This document shows, piece after piece, positions 39,901-54,176 of a DNA stretch of 64,000 nucleotides (its first letter is position 1; every line of letters starts with the position of its first letter). The stretch comes from Bugula neritina (Eukaryota > Animalia > Bryozoa). The translations under genes were made by a program, and so were the position numbers. The notes under the pieces are model-generated. The model was given only the letters and a program-made list of their open reading frames with translations, ran no database searches and had not been told where the DNA came from. The DNA lies in assembly GCA_964035545.1 (NCBI GenBank), contig OZ037766.1, positions 17,881,081 through 17,945,080 on the forward strand, given 5' to 3'.

Positions 39901-42900
39901 TGTTTCAGTATGTTGCAGTATATTTCAGTGGGTTATAGTATATTTCAATATGATACAGCGTATTTCAGTATGTTACAGTGTATTTCAGTATGTTGCAGCA
40001 TTTTGCAATATATTTCAGTATGTTACAGCGTATTTCAGTATGTTGCAGTATATTTCCGTAAATTACACCATACTTCAGTGAGTTGTAGTATATTTCAGTA
40101 TCTTGCAGTATATCTCAGTATGTTACTGTATATTTCAGTATGTTACAGTATATTTCAGTGTGTTACAGTAAATTTCAGTATGTTACAGTGCATTTGCAGA
40201 TATTACACTATACTTCAGTGAGTTTTAGTGTCTTTCAGTATGTTCCAGTATATTTAAGTATGTTGCAGTATTTTGCAATATATTTTAGTATGTTACAGTG
40301 TATTTCAGTACGTTGCAGTATATTTCAGTATGATACAATAAATTTCAGTGTGTTACAGTACATTTCTGCAAATTACACTATACTTCAGTGTGTTGTAGTA
40401 TATTTCAGTATCTTGCAGTATATCTCAGTATGTTACAGTTTATTTCAGTATGTTCCAGTATATTTCAGCGTGTTTCAGTATATTTCAGCATGCCACAGTA
40501 CATTTTTAGATTTTTCACTATACTTCAGTGAGTTTTAGTGTCTTTCAGTATGTTTCAGTATAATTCGGTATCTTGCAACTTATTTCAATGTGTTGCAATG
40601 TATTTCAATATGTTACAGTGTATTTAAGTATGTTGCAGTATGTTGCAGTGTATTTCAGTATGTTACAGTGTATTTCAGTAGGTTTCAGTATCTTGCAGTA
40701 TATTTCAGTATGTTGCAGTATATTTCAGTGGGTTACAGTATATTCCAGTATGTTCCAGTATGTTGCAGTATATTTCAGTATGTTGCAGTGTATTTCAGTA
40801 TGTTACAGTGTATTTCAGTATGTTGCAGTATGTTGCAGTGTATTTCTGTATGTTACAGTGTATTTCAGTAGTTTGCAACATATTTCAGTAGGTTACCATA
40901 TATTTCGGTATGTTGCAGCATATTTCAATGTGTTGCAGTGTATTTCAATATGTTACAGTGTATTTCAGTATGTTGCAGTATGTTGCAGTGTATTTCTGTA
41001 TGTTACAGGGTATTTCAGTATCTTGCAGTGTATTTCAGTATGTTGCAGTATATTTCAGTATGTTACAGTATGTTTCAGTATGTTGCAGTATATTTCAGTG
41101 GGTTATAGTATATTTCAGTATGATACAGCGTATTTCAGTATGTTACAGTATATTTCAGTGTGTTACAGTATGTTGAGTATATTTCAGTAGTTTGCAACAT
41201 ATTTCAGTAGGTTACCAGATACTTCGGTATGTTGCAGCATATTTCAATGTGTTTCAGTGTATTTCAATATGTTACACTGTATTTCAGTATGTTGCAGTAT
41301 GTTGCAGTATGATGCAGTATGTTGCAGTGTATTTCTGATTGTTACAGTGTATTTCAGTATGTTGCAGTATATTTCAGTATGTTACAGTAAATTTCAGTAT
41401 GTTACAGTGCATTTGCAGATATTACACTATACTTCAGTGAGTTTTAGTGTTTTTCAGCATGTTGCAGTATGTTGCAGTGTATTTCAGTATGTTACAGTGT
41501 ATTTCAGTAGGTTTCAGTGTCTTGCAGCATAATTCAGCATGTTGCAGTATATTTCAGGATGTTGCAGTATGTTTCAGTATGTTACAGTATTTTGCAGTAT
41601 TTTGCAGTATAGTTCAGTGTGTTACAGTATATTTCATTATGTTGCAGTATGTTGCAGTATATTTCAGTAGTTTGCAACATATTTCAGTAGGTTACCATAT
41701 ATTTCGGTATGTTGCAGCATATTTCAATGTGTTGCAGTGTATTTCAATATGTTACAGTGTATTTCAGTATGTTGCAGTATGTTGCAGTATGATGCAGTAT
41801 GTTGCAGTGTATTTCTGATTGTTACAGTGTATTTCAGTATGTTGCAGTATATTTCAGTATGTTACAGTATGTTTCAGTATGTTGCAGTATATTTCAGTGG
41901 GTTATAGTATATTTCAGTATGATACAGCGTATTTCAGTATGTTACAGTGTATTTCAGTATGTTGCAGTATTTTGCAATATATTTCAGTATGTTACAGCGT
42001 ATTTCAGTATGTTGCAGTATATTTCAGTATGTTACAAAAAATTTCAGTATGTTACAGTACATTTCCGTAAATTACACTATACTTCAGTGAGTTGTAGTGT
42101 ATTTCAGTATCTTGCAGTATATCTCAGTATGTTACTGTATATTTCAGTATGTTACAGTATGTTTCAGTGTGTTACAGTAAATTTCAGTATGTTACAGTGC
42201 ATTTGCAGATATTACACTATACTTCAGTGAGTTTTAGTGTCTTTCAGTATGTTGCAGTATATTTCAGTATGTTGCAGTATTTTGCAATACATTTTAGTAT
42301 GCTACAGTGTATTTTAGTATGTTGCAATATATTTCAGTATGATACAATAAATTCCAGTATGTTACAGTACATTTCCATAAATTACACTATACTTCAGTGA
42401 GTTGTAGTACATTTTGGTATCTTGCAGTATATCTCAGTAGGTTACAGTATATTTCAGTATGTTGCAGTATATTTCAGCATGTTTCAGTATATTTCAGTAT
42501 GTCACAGTGCGTTTCCAGATATTACATTATACATCAGTGAGTTTTAGTGTTTTTCAGTATGTTGCAGTATGTTGCAGTGTATTTCAGTATGTTACAGTGT
42601 ATTTCAGTAGGTTTCAGTGTCTTGCAGTATAATTCAGCATGTTGCAGTATATTTCAGGATGTTGCAGTATGTTTCAGTATGTTACAGTATTTTGCAGTAT
42701 CTTGCAGTATAGTTCAGTGTGTTACAGTATATTTCATTATGTTGCAGTATGTTGCCGTATATTTCAGTAGCTTGCAACATATTTCAGTAGGTTACCATAT
42801 ATTTCGGTATGTTGCAGCATATTTCAATGTGTTGCAGTGTATTTCAATATGTTACAGTGTATTTCAGTATGTTGCAGTATGTTGCAGTATGATGCAGTAT

Positions 42901-43380
42901 GTTTCAGTGTATTTCTGTATGTTACAGTGTATTTCAGTATGTTGCAGTATATTTCAGTATGTTACAGTATGTTTCAGTATGTTGCAGTATATTTCAGTGG
43001 GTTATAGTATATTTCAATATGATACAGCGTATTTCAGTATGTTACAGTGTATTTCAGTATGTTGCAGCATTTTGCAATATATTTCAGTATGTTACAGCGT
43101 ATTTCAGTATGTTGCAGTATATTTCCGTAAATTACACCATACTTCAGTGAGTTGTAGTATATTTCAGTATCTTGCAGTATATCTCAGTATGTTACTGTAT
43201 ATTTCAGTATGTTACAGTATATTTCAGTGTGTTACAGTAAATTTCAGTATGTTACAGTGCATTTGCAGATATTACACTATACTTCAGTGAGTTTTAGTGT
43301 CTTTCAGTATGTTCCAGTATATTTAAGTATGTTGCAGTATTTTGCAATATATTTTAGTATGTTACAGTGTATTTCAGTAC
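36985..43380 (+). repeat. Recent tandem duplication, period 3069 bp
   Basis: Variants found only here, each twice and 3069 bp apart: TACATTATACATCAG (~39453/42522), GTTGCCGTAT (~39682/42751), AGCTTGCAAC (~39700/42769), TTTTTCAGCATG (~38381/41450). Confidence 0.9.
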
Positions 43381-46300
43381 GTTGCAGCATATTTCAGTAT
43401 GATACAATAAATTTCAGTGTGTTACAGTACATTTCTGCAAATTACACTATACTTCAGTGAGTTGTAGTATATTTCAGTATCTTGCAGTATATCTCAGTAT
43501 GTTTCAGTTTATTTCAGTATGTTCCAGTATATTTCAGCGTGTTTCAGTATATTTCAGCATGCCACAGTACATTTTTAGATTTTTCACTATACTTCAGTGA
43601 GTTTTAGTGTCTTTCAGTATGTTGCAGTATAATTCGGTATCTTGCAACTTATTTCAATGTGTTGCAATGTATTTCAATATGTTACAGTGTATTTAAGTAT
43701 GTTGCAGTATGTTGCAGTGTATTTCAGTATGTTACAGTGTATTTCAGTAGGTTTCAGTATCTTGCAGTATATTTCAGTATGTTGCAGTATATTTCAGTGG
43801 GTTACAGTATATTCCAGTAGGTTCCAGTATGTTGCAGTATATTTCAGTATGTTGCAGTGTATTTCAGTATGTTACAGTGTATTTCAGTATGTTGCAGTAT
43901 GTTGCAGTGTATTTCTGTATGTTACAGCGTATTTCTGTATGTTACAGTGTATTTCAGTAGTTTGCAACATATTTCAGTAGGTTACCAGATATTTCGGTAT
44001 GTTGCAGCATATTTCAATGTGTTGCAGTGTATTTCAATATGTTACAGTGTATTTCAGTATGTTGCAGTATGATGCAGTACGTTGCAGTGTATTTCTGATT
44101 GTTACAGTGTATTTCAGTATGTTGCAGTATATTTCAGTATGTTACAGTATGTTTCAGTATGTTGCAGTATATTTCAGTGGGTTATAGTATATTTCAGTAT
44201 GATACAGCGTATTTCAGTATGTTACAGTGTATTTCAGTATGTTACAGTATGTTTCAGTATGTTGCAGTATATTTCCGTGGGTTATAGTATATTTCAGTAT
44301 GATACAGCGTATTTCAGTATGTTTCAGTGTATTTCAGTATGTTGCGGTATTTTGCAATGCATTTCAGTATGTTACAGTGTATTTCAGTATGTTGCAGTAT
44401 ATTTCAGTATGTTACAATAAATTTCAGTATGTTACAGTACATTTCCGTAAATTATACCATACTTCAGTGAGTTGTAGTATATTTCAGTATCTTGCAGCAT
44501 ATTTCAGTATGTTACAGTATATTTCAGTATGTTACAGTATATTTCAGTGTGTTACAGTATGTTGAGTATATTTCAGTAGTTTGCAACATATTTCAGTAGG
44601 TTACCAGATATTTCGGTATGTTGCAGCATATTTCAATGTGTTGCAGTGTATTTCAATATGTTACAGTGTATTTCAGTATGTTGCAGTATGTTGCAGTATG
44701 ATGCAGTATGTTTCAGTGTATTTCTGTATGTTACAGTGTATTTCAGTATGTTGCAGTATATTTCAGTGTGTTACAGTAAATTTCAGTATGTTACAGTGCA
44801 TTTGCAGATATTACACTATACTTCAGTGAGTTTTAGTGTCTTTCAGTATGTTCCAGCATATTTAAGTATGTTGCAGTATTTTGCAATATATTTTAGTATG
44901 TTACAGTGTATTTCAGTACGTTGCAGTATATTTCAGTATGATACAATAAATTTCAGTGTGTTACAGTACATTTCTGCAAATTACACTATACTTCAGTGTG
45001 TTGTAGTATATTTCAGTATCTTGCAGTATATCTCAGTATGTTACAGTTTGTTTCAGTATGTTCCAGTATATTTCAGCGTGTTTCAGTATATTTCAGCATG
45101 CCACAGTACATTTTTAGATTTTTCACTATACTTCAGTGAGTTTTAGTGTCTTTCAGTATGTTTCAGTATAATTCGGTATCTTGCAACTTATTTCAATGTG
45201 TTGCAATGTATTTCAATATGTTACAGTGTATTTAAGTATGTTGCAGTATGTTGCAGTCTATTTCAGTATGTTACAGTGTATTTCAGTAGGTTTCAGTATC
45301 TTGCAGTATATTTCAGTATGTTGCAGTATATTTCAGTGGGTTACAGTATATTCCAGTATGTTCCAGTATGTTGCAGTATATTTCAGTATGTTGCAGTGTA
45401 TTTCAGTATGTTACAGTGTATTTCAGTATGTTGCAGTATGTTGCAGTGTATTTCTGTATGTTACAGCGTATTTCTGTATGTTACAGTGTATTTCAGTAGT
45501 TTGCAACATATTTCAGTAGGTTACCATATATTTCGGTATGTTGCAGCATATTTCAATGTGTTGCAGTGTATTTCAATATGTTACAGTGTATTTCAGTATG
45601 TTGCAGTATGTTGCAGTGTATTTCTGTATGTTACAAGGTATTTCAGTATGTTGCAGTGTATTTCAGTATGTTGCAGTATATTTCAGTATGTTACAGTATG
45701 TTTCAGTATGTTGCAGTATATTTCAGTGGGTTATAGTATATTTCAGTATGATACAGCGTATTTCAGTATGTTACAGTATATTTCAGTGTGTTACAGTATG
45801 TTGAGTATATTTCAGTAGTTTGCAACATATTTCAGTAGGTTACCAGATACTTCGGTATGTTGCAGCATATTTCAATGTGTTGCAGTGTATTTCAATATGT
45901 TACAGTGTATTTCAGTATGTTGCAGTATGTTGCAGTATGATGCAGTATGTTGCAGTGTATTTCTGATTGTTACAGTGTATTTCAGTATGTTGCAGTATAT
46001 TTCAGTATGTTACAGTAAATTTCAGTATGTTACAGTGCATTTGCAGATATTACACTATACTTCAGTGAGTTTTAGTGTCTTTCAGTATGTTGCAGTATAT
46101 TTCAGTATGTTGCAGTATTTTGCAATACATTTTAGCATGCTATAGTGTATTTTAGTATGTTGCAATATATTTCAGTATGATACAATAAATTCCAGTATGT
46201 TACAGTACATTTCCATAAATTACACTATACTTCAGGGAGTTGTAGTACATTTTGGTATCTTGCAGTATATCTCAGTAGGTTACAGTATATTTCAGTATGT

Positions 46301-47899
46301 TGCAGTATATTTCAGCATGTTTCAGTATATTTCAGTATGTCACAGTGCGTTTCCAGATATTACACTATACTTCAGTGAGTTTTAGTGTTTTTCAGTATGT
46401 TGCAGTATGTTGCAGTGTATTTCAGTATGTTACAGTGTATTTCAGTAGGTTTCAGTGTCTTGCAGTATAATTCAGCATGTTGCAGTATATTTCAGGATGT
46501 TGCAGTATGTTTCAGTATGTTACAGTATTTTGCAGTATTTTGCAGTATAGTTCAGTGTGTTACAGTATATTTCATTATGTTGCAGTATGTTGCAGTATAT
46601 TTCAGTAGTTTGCAACATATTTCAGTAGGTTACCATATATTTCGGTATGTTGCAGCATATTTCAATGTGTTGCAGTGTATTTCAATATGTTACAGTGTAA
46701 TTCAGTATGTTGCAGTATGTTTCAGTATGTTGCAGTATATTTCAGTGGGTTATAGTATATTTCAGTATGATACAGCGTATTTCAGTATGTTACAGTGTAT
46801 TTCAGTATGTTGCAGTATTTTGCAATATATTTCAGTATGTTACAGCGTATTTCAGTATGTTGCAGTATATTTCAGTATGTTACAAAAAATTTCAGTATGT
46901 TACAGTACATTTCCGTAAATTACACTATACTTCAGTGAGTTGTAGTGTATTTCAGTATCTTGCAGTATATCTCAGTATGTTACTGTATATTTCAGTATGT
47001 TACAGTATGTTTCAGTGTTTTACAGTAAATTTCAGTATGTTACAGTGCATTTGCAGATATTACACTATACTTCAGTGAGTTTTAGTGTCTTTCAGTATGT
47101 TCCAGTATATTTAAGTATGTTGCAGTATTTTGCAATATATTTTAGTATGTTACAGTGTATTTCAGTACGTTGCAGCATATTTCAGTATGATACAATAAAT
47201 TTCAGTGTGTTACAGTACATTTCTGCAAATTACACTATACTTCAGTGAGTTGTAGTATATTTCAGTATCTTGCAGTATATCTCAGTATGTTTCAGTTTAT
47301 TTCAGTATGTTCCAGTATATTTCAGCGTGTTTCAGTATATTTCAGCATGCCACAGTACATTTTTAGATTTTTCACTATACTTCAGTGAGTTTTAGTGTCT
47401 TTCAGTATGTTGCAGTATAATTCGGTATCTTGCAACTTATTTCAATGTGTTGCAATGTATTTCAATATGTTACAGTGTATTTAAGTATGTTGCAGTATGT
47501 TGCAGTGTATTTCAGTATGTTACAGTGTATTTCAGTAGGTTTCAGTATCTTGCAGTATATTTCAGTATGTTGCAGTATATTTCAGTGGGTTACAGTATAT
47601 TCCAGTATGTTCCAGTATGTTGCAGTATATTTCAGTATGTTGCAGTGTATTTCAGTATGTTACAGTGTATTTCAGTATGTTGCAGTGTATTTCTGTATGT
47701 TACAGCGTATTTCTGTATGTTACAGTGTATTTGAGTAGTTTGCAACATATTTCAGTAGGTTACCATATATTTCGGTATGTTGCAGCATATTTCAATGTGT
47801 TGCAGTGTATTTCAATATGTTACAGTGTATTTCAGTATGTTGCAGTATGTTGCAGTGTATTTCTGTATGTTACAGGGTATTTCAGTATGTTGCAGTGTA

Positions 47900-50800
47900 T
47901 TTCAGTATGTTGCAGTATATTTCAGTATGTTACAGTATGTTTCAGTATGTTGCAGTATATTTCAGTGGGTTATAGTATATTTCAGTATGATACAGCGTAT
48001 TTCAGTATGTTACAGTGTATTTCAGTATGTTGCAGCATTTTGCAATATATTTCAGTATGTTACAGCGTATTTCAGTATGTTGCAGTATATTTCAGTATGT
48101 TACAATAAATTTCAGTATGTTACAGTACATTTCCGTAAATTACACCATACTTCAGTGAGTTGTAGTATATTTCAGTATCTTGCAGTATATCTCAGTATGT
48201 TACTGTATATTTCAGTATGTTACAGTATATTTCAGTGTGTTACAGTAAATTTCAGTATGTTACAGTGCATTTGCAGATATTACACTATACTTCAGTGAGT
48301 TTTAGTGTCTTTCAGTATGTTCCAGTATATTTAAGTATGTTGCAGTATTTTGCAATATATTTTAGTATGTCACAGTGTATTTCAGTACGTTGCAGTATAT
48401 TTCAGTATGGTACAATAAATTTCAGTGTGTTACAGTACATTTCTGCAAATTACACTATACTTCAGTGTGTTGTAGTATATTTCAGTATCTTGCAGTATAT
48501 CTCAGTATGTTACAGTATATTTCAGTATGTTCCATTATATTTCAGCGTGTTTCAGTATATTTCAGCATGCCACAGTACATTTTTAGATTTTTCACTATAC
48601 TTCAGTGAGTTTTAGTGTCTTTCGGTATGTTGCAGTATAATTCGGTATCTTGCAACTTATTTCAATGTGTTGCAATGTAGTTCAATATGTTACAGTGTAT
48701 TTAAGTATGTTGCAGTATGTTGCAGTGTATTTCAGTATGTTACAGTGTATTTCAGTAGGTTTCAGTATCTTGCAGTATATTTCAGTATGTTGCAGTATAT
48801 TTCAGTGGGTTACAGTATATTCCAGTATGTTCCAGTATGTTGCAGTATATTTCAGTATGTTGCAGTGTATTTCAGTATGTTACAGTGTATTTCAGTATGT
48901 TGCAGTATGTTGCAGTGTATTTCTGTATGTTACAGCGTATTTCTGTATGTTACAGTGTATTTCTGTATGTTACAGGGTATTTCAGTATGTTGCAGTGTAT
49001 TTCAGTATGTTGCAGTATATTTCAGTATGTTACAGTATGTTTCAGTATGTTGCAGTATATTTCAGTGGGTTATAGTATATTTCAGTATGATACAGCGTAT
49101 TTCAGTATGTAACAGTATATTTCAGTGTGTTACAGTATGTTGAGTATATTTCAGTAGTTTGCAACATATTTCAGTAGGTTACCAGATATTTCGGTATCTT
49201 GCAGCATATTTCAATGTGTTACAGTGTATTCCAGTATGTTGCAATATATTTCAGTATGATACAATAAATTCCAGTATGTTACAGTACATTTCCATAAATT
49301 ACACTATACTTCAGTGAGTTGTAGTACATTTTGGTATCTTGCAGTATATCTCAGTATGTTACAGTATAGTTCAGTATGTTGCAGTATATTTCAGCGTGTT
49401 TCAGTATTTTTCAGTATGTCACAGTGCATTTCCAGATATTACACTATACTTCAGTGAGTTTTAGTGTTTTTCAGTATGTTGCAGTATGTTGCAGTGTATT
49501 TCAGTATGTTACAGTGTATTTCAGTAGGTTTCAGTGTCTTGCAGTATAATTCAGCATGTTGCAGTATATTTCAGGATGTTGCAGTATGTTTCAGTATGTT
49601 ACAGTATTTTGCAGTATTTTGCAGTATAGTTCAGTGTGTTACAGTATATTTCATTATGTTGCAGTATGTTGCAGTATATTTCAGTAGTTTGCAACATATT
49701 TCAGTAGGTTACCATATATTTCGGTATGTTGCAGCATATTTCAATGTGTTGCAGTGTATTTCAATATGTTACAGTGTATTTCAGCATGTTGCAGTATGTT
49801 GCAGTATGCTGCAGTATGTTGCAATCTATTTCTGTATGTTACAGTGTATTTCAGTATGTTGCAGTATATTTCAGTATGTTACAGTATATTTCAGTATGTT
49901 GCAGTATATTTCAGTGGGTTATAGTATATTTCAGTATGATACGGCGTCTTTCAGTATGTTACAGTGTATTTCAGTATGTTGCAGTATTTTGCAATATGTT
50001 TCAGTATGTTACAGTGTATTTCAGTATGTTGCAGTATATTTCAGTATGTTGCAGTATATTTCAGTGGGTTATAGTATATTTCAGTATGATACAGCGTATT
50101 TCAGTATGTTACAGTGTATTTCAGTATGTTACAGTATGTTTCAGTATGTTGCAGTATATTTCCGTGGGTTATAGTATATTTCAGTATGATACAGCGTATT
50201 TCAGTATGTTACAGTGTATTTCAGTATGTTGCGGTATTTTGCAATGCATTTCAGTATGTTACAGTGTATTTCAGTATGTTGCAGTATATTTCAGTATGTT
50301 ACAATAAATTTCAGTATGTTACAGTACATTTCCGTAAATTATACCATGCTTCAGTGAGTTGTAGTATGTTTCAGTATCTTGCAGCATATCTCAGTATGTT
50401 ACAGCATATTTCAATATGTTACAGTATATTTCAGTGTGTTACAGTATGTTGAGTATATTTCAGTAGTTTGCAACATATTTCAGTAGGTTACCAGATATTT
50501 CGGTATGTTGCAGCATATTTCAATGTGTTGCAGTGTATTTCAATATGTTACAGTGTATTTCAGTATGTTGCAGTATGTTGCAGTCTGATGCAGTATGTTG
50601 CAGTGTATTTCTGATTGTTACAGTGTATTTCAGTATGTTGCAGTATATTTCAGTATGTTACAGTATGTTTCAGTATGTTGCAGTATACTTCAGTGGGTTA
50701 TAGTATATTTCAGTATGATACAGCGTATTTCAGTATGTTACAGTGTATTTCAGTATGTTACAGTATGTTTCAGTATGTTGCAATATATTTCCGTGGGTTA

Positions 50801-53800
50801 TAGTATATTTCAGTATGTTGCAGTATATTTCAGTGGGTTACAGTATATTCCAGTATGTTCCAGTCTGTTGCAGTATATTTCAGTATGTTGCAGTGTATTT
50901 CAGTATGTTACAGTGTATTTCAGTATGTTGCAGTATGTTGCAGTGTATTTCTGTATGTTACAGCGTATTTCTGTATGTTACAGTGTATTTCAGTAGTTTG
51001 CAACATATTTCAGTAGGTTACCATATATTTTGGTATGTTGCAGCATATTTCAATGTGTTGCAGTGTATTTCAATATGTTACAGTGTATTTCAGTATGTTG
51101 CAGTATGTTGCAGTGTATTTCTGTATGTTACAGGGTATTTCAGTATGTTGCAGTATATTTCAGTATGTTACAGTATGTTTCAGTATGTTGCAGTATATTT
51201 CAGTGGGTTATAGTATATTTCAGTATGATACAGCGTATTTCAGTATGTTACAGTGTATTTCAGTATGTTGCAGCGTTTTGCAATATATTTCAGTATGTTA
51301 CAGCGTATTTCAGTATGTTGCAGTATATTTCAGTATGTTACAATAAATTTCAGTATGTTACAGTACATTTCCGTAAATTACACCATACTTCAGTGAGTTG
51401 TAGTATATTTCAGTATCTTGCAGTATATCTCAGTATGTTACTGTATATTTCAGTATGTTACAGTATATTTCAGTGTGTTACAGTAAATTTCAGTATGTTA
51501 CAGTGCATTTGCAGATATTACACTATACTTCAGTGAGTTTTTGTGTCTTTCAGTATGTTCCAGTATATTTAAGTATGTTGCAGTATTTTGCAATATATTT
51601 TAGTATGTTACAGTGTATTTCAGTACGTTGCAGTATATTTCAGTATGATACAATAAATTTCAGTGTGTTACAGTACATTTCTGCAAATTACACTATACTT
51701 CAGTGAGTTGTAGTATATTTCAGCATCTTGCAGTATATCTCAGTATGTTACAGTATATTTCAGTATGTTCCAGTATATTTCAGCGTGTTTCAGTATATTT
51801 CAGCATTCCACAGTACATTTTTAGATTTTTCACTATACTTCAGTGAGTTTTAGTGTCTTTCAGTATGTTGCAGTATAATTCGGTATCTTGCAACTTATTT
51901 CAATGTGTTGCAATGTATTTCAATATGTTACAGTGTATTTAAGTATGTTGCAGTATGTTGCAGTGTATTTCAGTATGTTACAGTGTATTTCAGTAGGTTT
52001 CAGTATCTTGCAGTATATTTCAGTATGTTGCAGTATATTTCAGTGGGTTACAGTATATTCCAGTATGTTCCAGTATGTTGCAGTATATTTCAGTATGTTG
52101 CAGTGTATTTCAGTATGTTACAGTGTATTTCAGTATGTTGCAGTATGTTGCAGTGTATTTCTGTATGTTACAGCGTATTTCTGTATGTTACAGTGTATTT
52201 CTGTATGTTACAGGGTATTTCAGTATGTTGCAGTGTATTTCAGTATGTTGCAGTATATTTCAGTATGTTACAGTATGTTTCAGTATGTTGCAGTATATTT
52301 CAGTGGGTTATAGTATATTTCAGTATGATACAGCGTATTTCAGTATGTAACAGTATATTTCAGTGTGTTACAGTATGTTGAGTATATTTCAGTAGTTTGC
52401 AACATATTTCAGTAGGTTACCAGATATTTCGGTATCTTGCAGCATATTTCAATGTGTTACAGTGTATTTCAGTATGTTGCAATATATTTCAGTATGATAC
52501 AATAAATTCCAGTATGTTACAGTACATTTCCATAAATTACACTATACTTCAGTGAGTTGTAGTACATTTTGGTATCTTGCAGTATATCTCAGTATGTTAC
52601 AGTATAGTTCAGTATGTTGCAGTATATTTCAGCGTGTTTCAGTATTTTTCAGTATGTCACAGTGCATTTCCAGATATTACACTATACTTCAGTGAGTTTT
52701 AGTGTTTTTCAGTATGTTGCAGTATGTTGCAGTGTATTTCAGTATGTTACAGTGTATTTCAGTAGGTTTCAGTGCCTTGCAGTATAATTCAGCATGTTGC
52801 AGTATATTTCAGGATGTTGCAGTATGTTTCAGTATGTTACAGTATTTTGCAGTATTTTGCAGTATAGTTCAGTGTGTTACAGTATATTTCATTATGTTGC
52901 AGTATGTTGCAGTATATTTCAGTAGTTTGCAACATATTTCAGTAGGTTACCATATATTTCGGTATGTTGCAGCATATTTCAATGTGTTGCAGTGTATTTC
53001 AATATGTTACAGTGTATTTCAGCATGTTGCAGTATGTTGCAGTATGCTGCAGTATGTTGCAGTCTATTTCTGTATGTTACAGTGTTTCAGTATGTTGCAG
53101 TATATTTCAGTATGTTACAGTATATTTCAGTATGTTGCAGTATATTTCAGTGGGTTATAGTATATTTCAGTATGATACGGCGTCTTTCAGTATGTTACAG
53201 TGTATTTCAGTATGTTGCAGTATTTTGCAATATGTTTCAGTATGTTACAGTGTATTTCAGTATGTTGCAGTATATTTCAGTATGTTGCAGTATATTTCCG
53301 TGGGTTATAGTATATTTCAGTATGATACAGCGTATTTCAGTATGTTACAGTGTATTTCAGTATGTTACAGTATGTTTCAGTATGTTGCAGTATATTTCCG
53401 TGGGTTATAGTATATTTCAGTATGATACAGCGTATTTCAGTATGTTACAGTGTATTTCAGTATGTTGCGGTATTTTGCAATGCATTTCAGTATGTTACAG
53501 TGTATTTCAGTATGTTGCAGTATATTTCAGTATGTTACAATAAATTTCAGTATGTTACAGTACATTTCCGTAAATTATACCATGCTTCAGTGAGTTGTAG
53601 TATATTTCAGTATCTTGCAGCATATCTCAGTATGTTACAGTATATTTCAGTATGTTACAGTATATTTCAGTGTGTTACAGTATGTTGAGTATATTTCAGT
53701 AGTTTGCAACATATTTCAGTAGGTTACCAGATATTTCGGTATGTTGCAGCATATTTCAATGTGTTGCAGTGTATTTCAATATGTTACAGTGTATTTCAGT

Positions 53801-54050
53801 ATGTTGCAGTATGTTGCAGTCTGATGCAGTATGTTGCAGTGTATTTCTGATTGTTACAGTGTATTTCAGTATGTTGCAGTATATTTCAGTATGTTACAGT
53901 ATGTTTCAGTATGTTGCAGTATACTTCAGTGGGTTATAGTATATTTCAGTATGATACAGCGTATTTCAGTATGTTACAGTGTATTTCAGTATGTTACAGT
54001 ATGTTTCAGTATGTTGCAATATATTTCCGTGGGTTATAGTATATTTCAGT
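47900..54050 (+). repeat. Tandem duplication, period about 3238 bp
   Basis: Marker offsets 49143/52381 and CTGCAG 49809/53047; ORF offsets 48650/51888 and 49464/52702. Confidence 0.83.
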
Positions 54051-54176
54051 ATGATACAGCGTATTTCAGTATGTTACAGTGTATTTCAGCATGTTGCGGT
54101 ATTTTGCAATGCATTTCAGTATGTTACAGTGTATTTCAGTATGTTACAGTATATTTCAGTGTGTTACAGTATGTTG

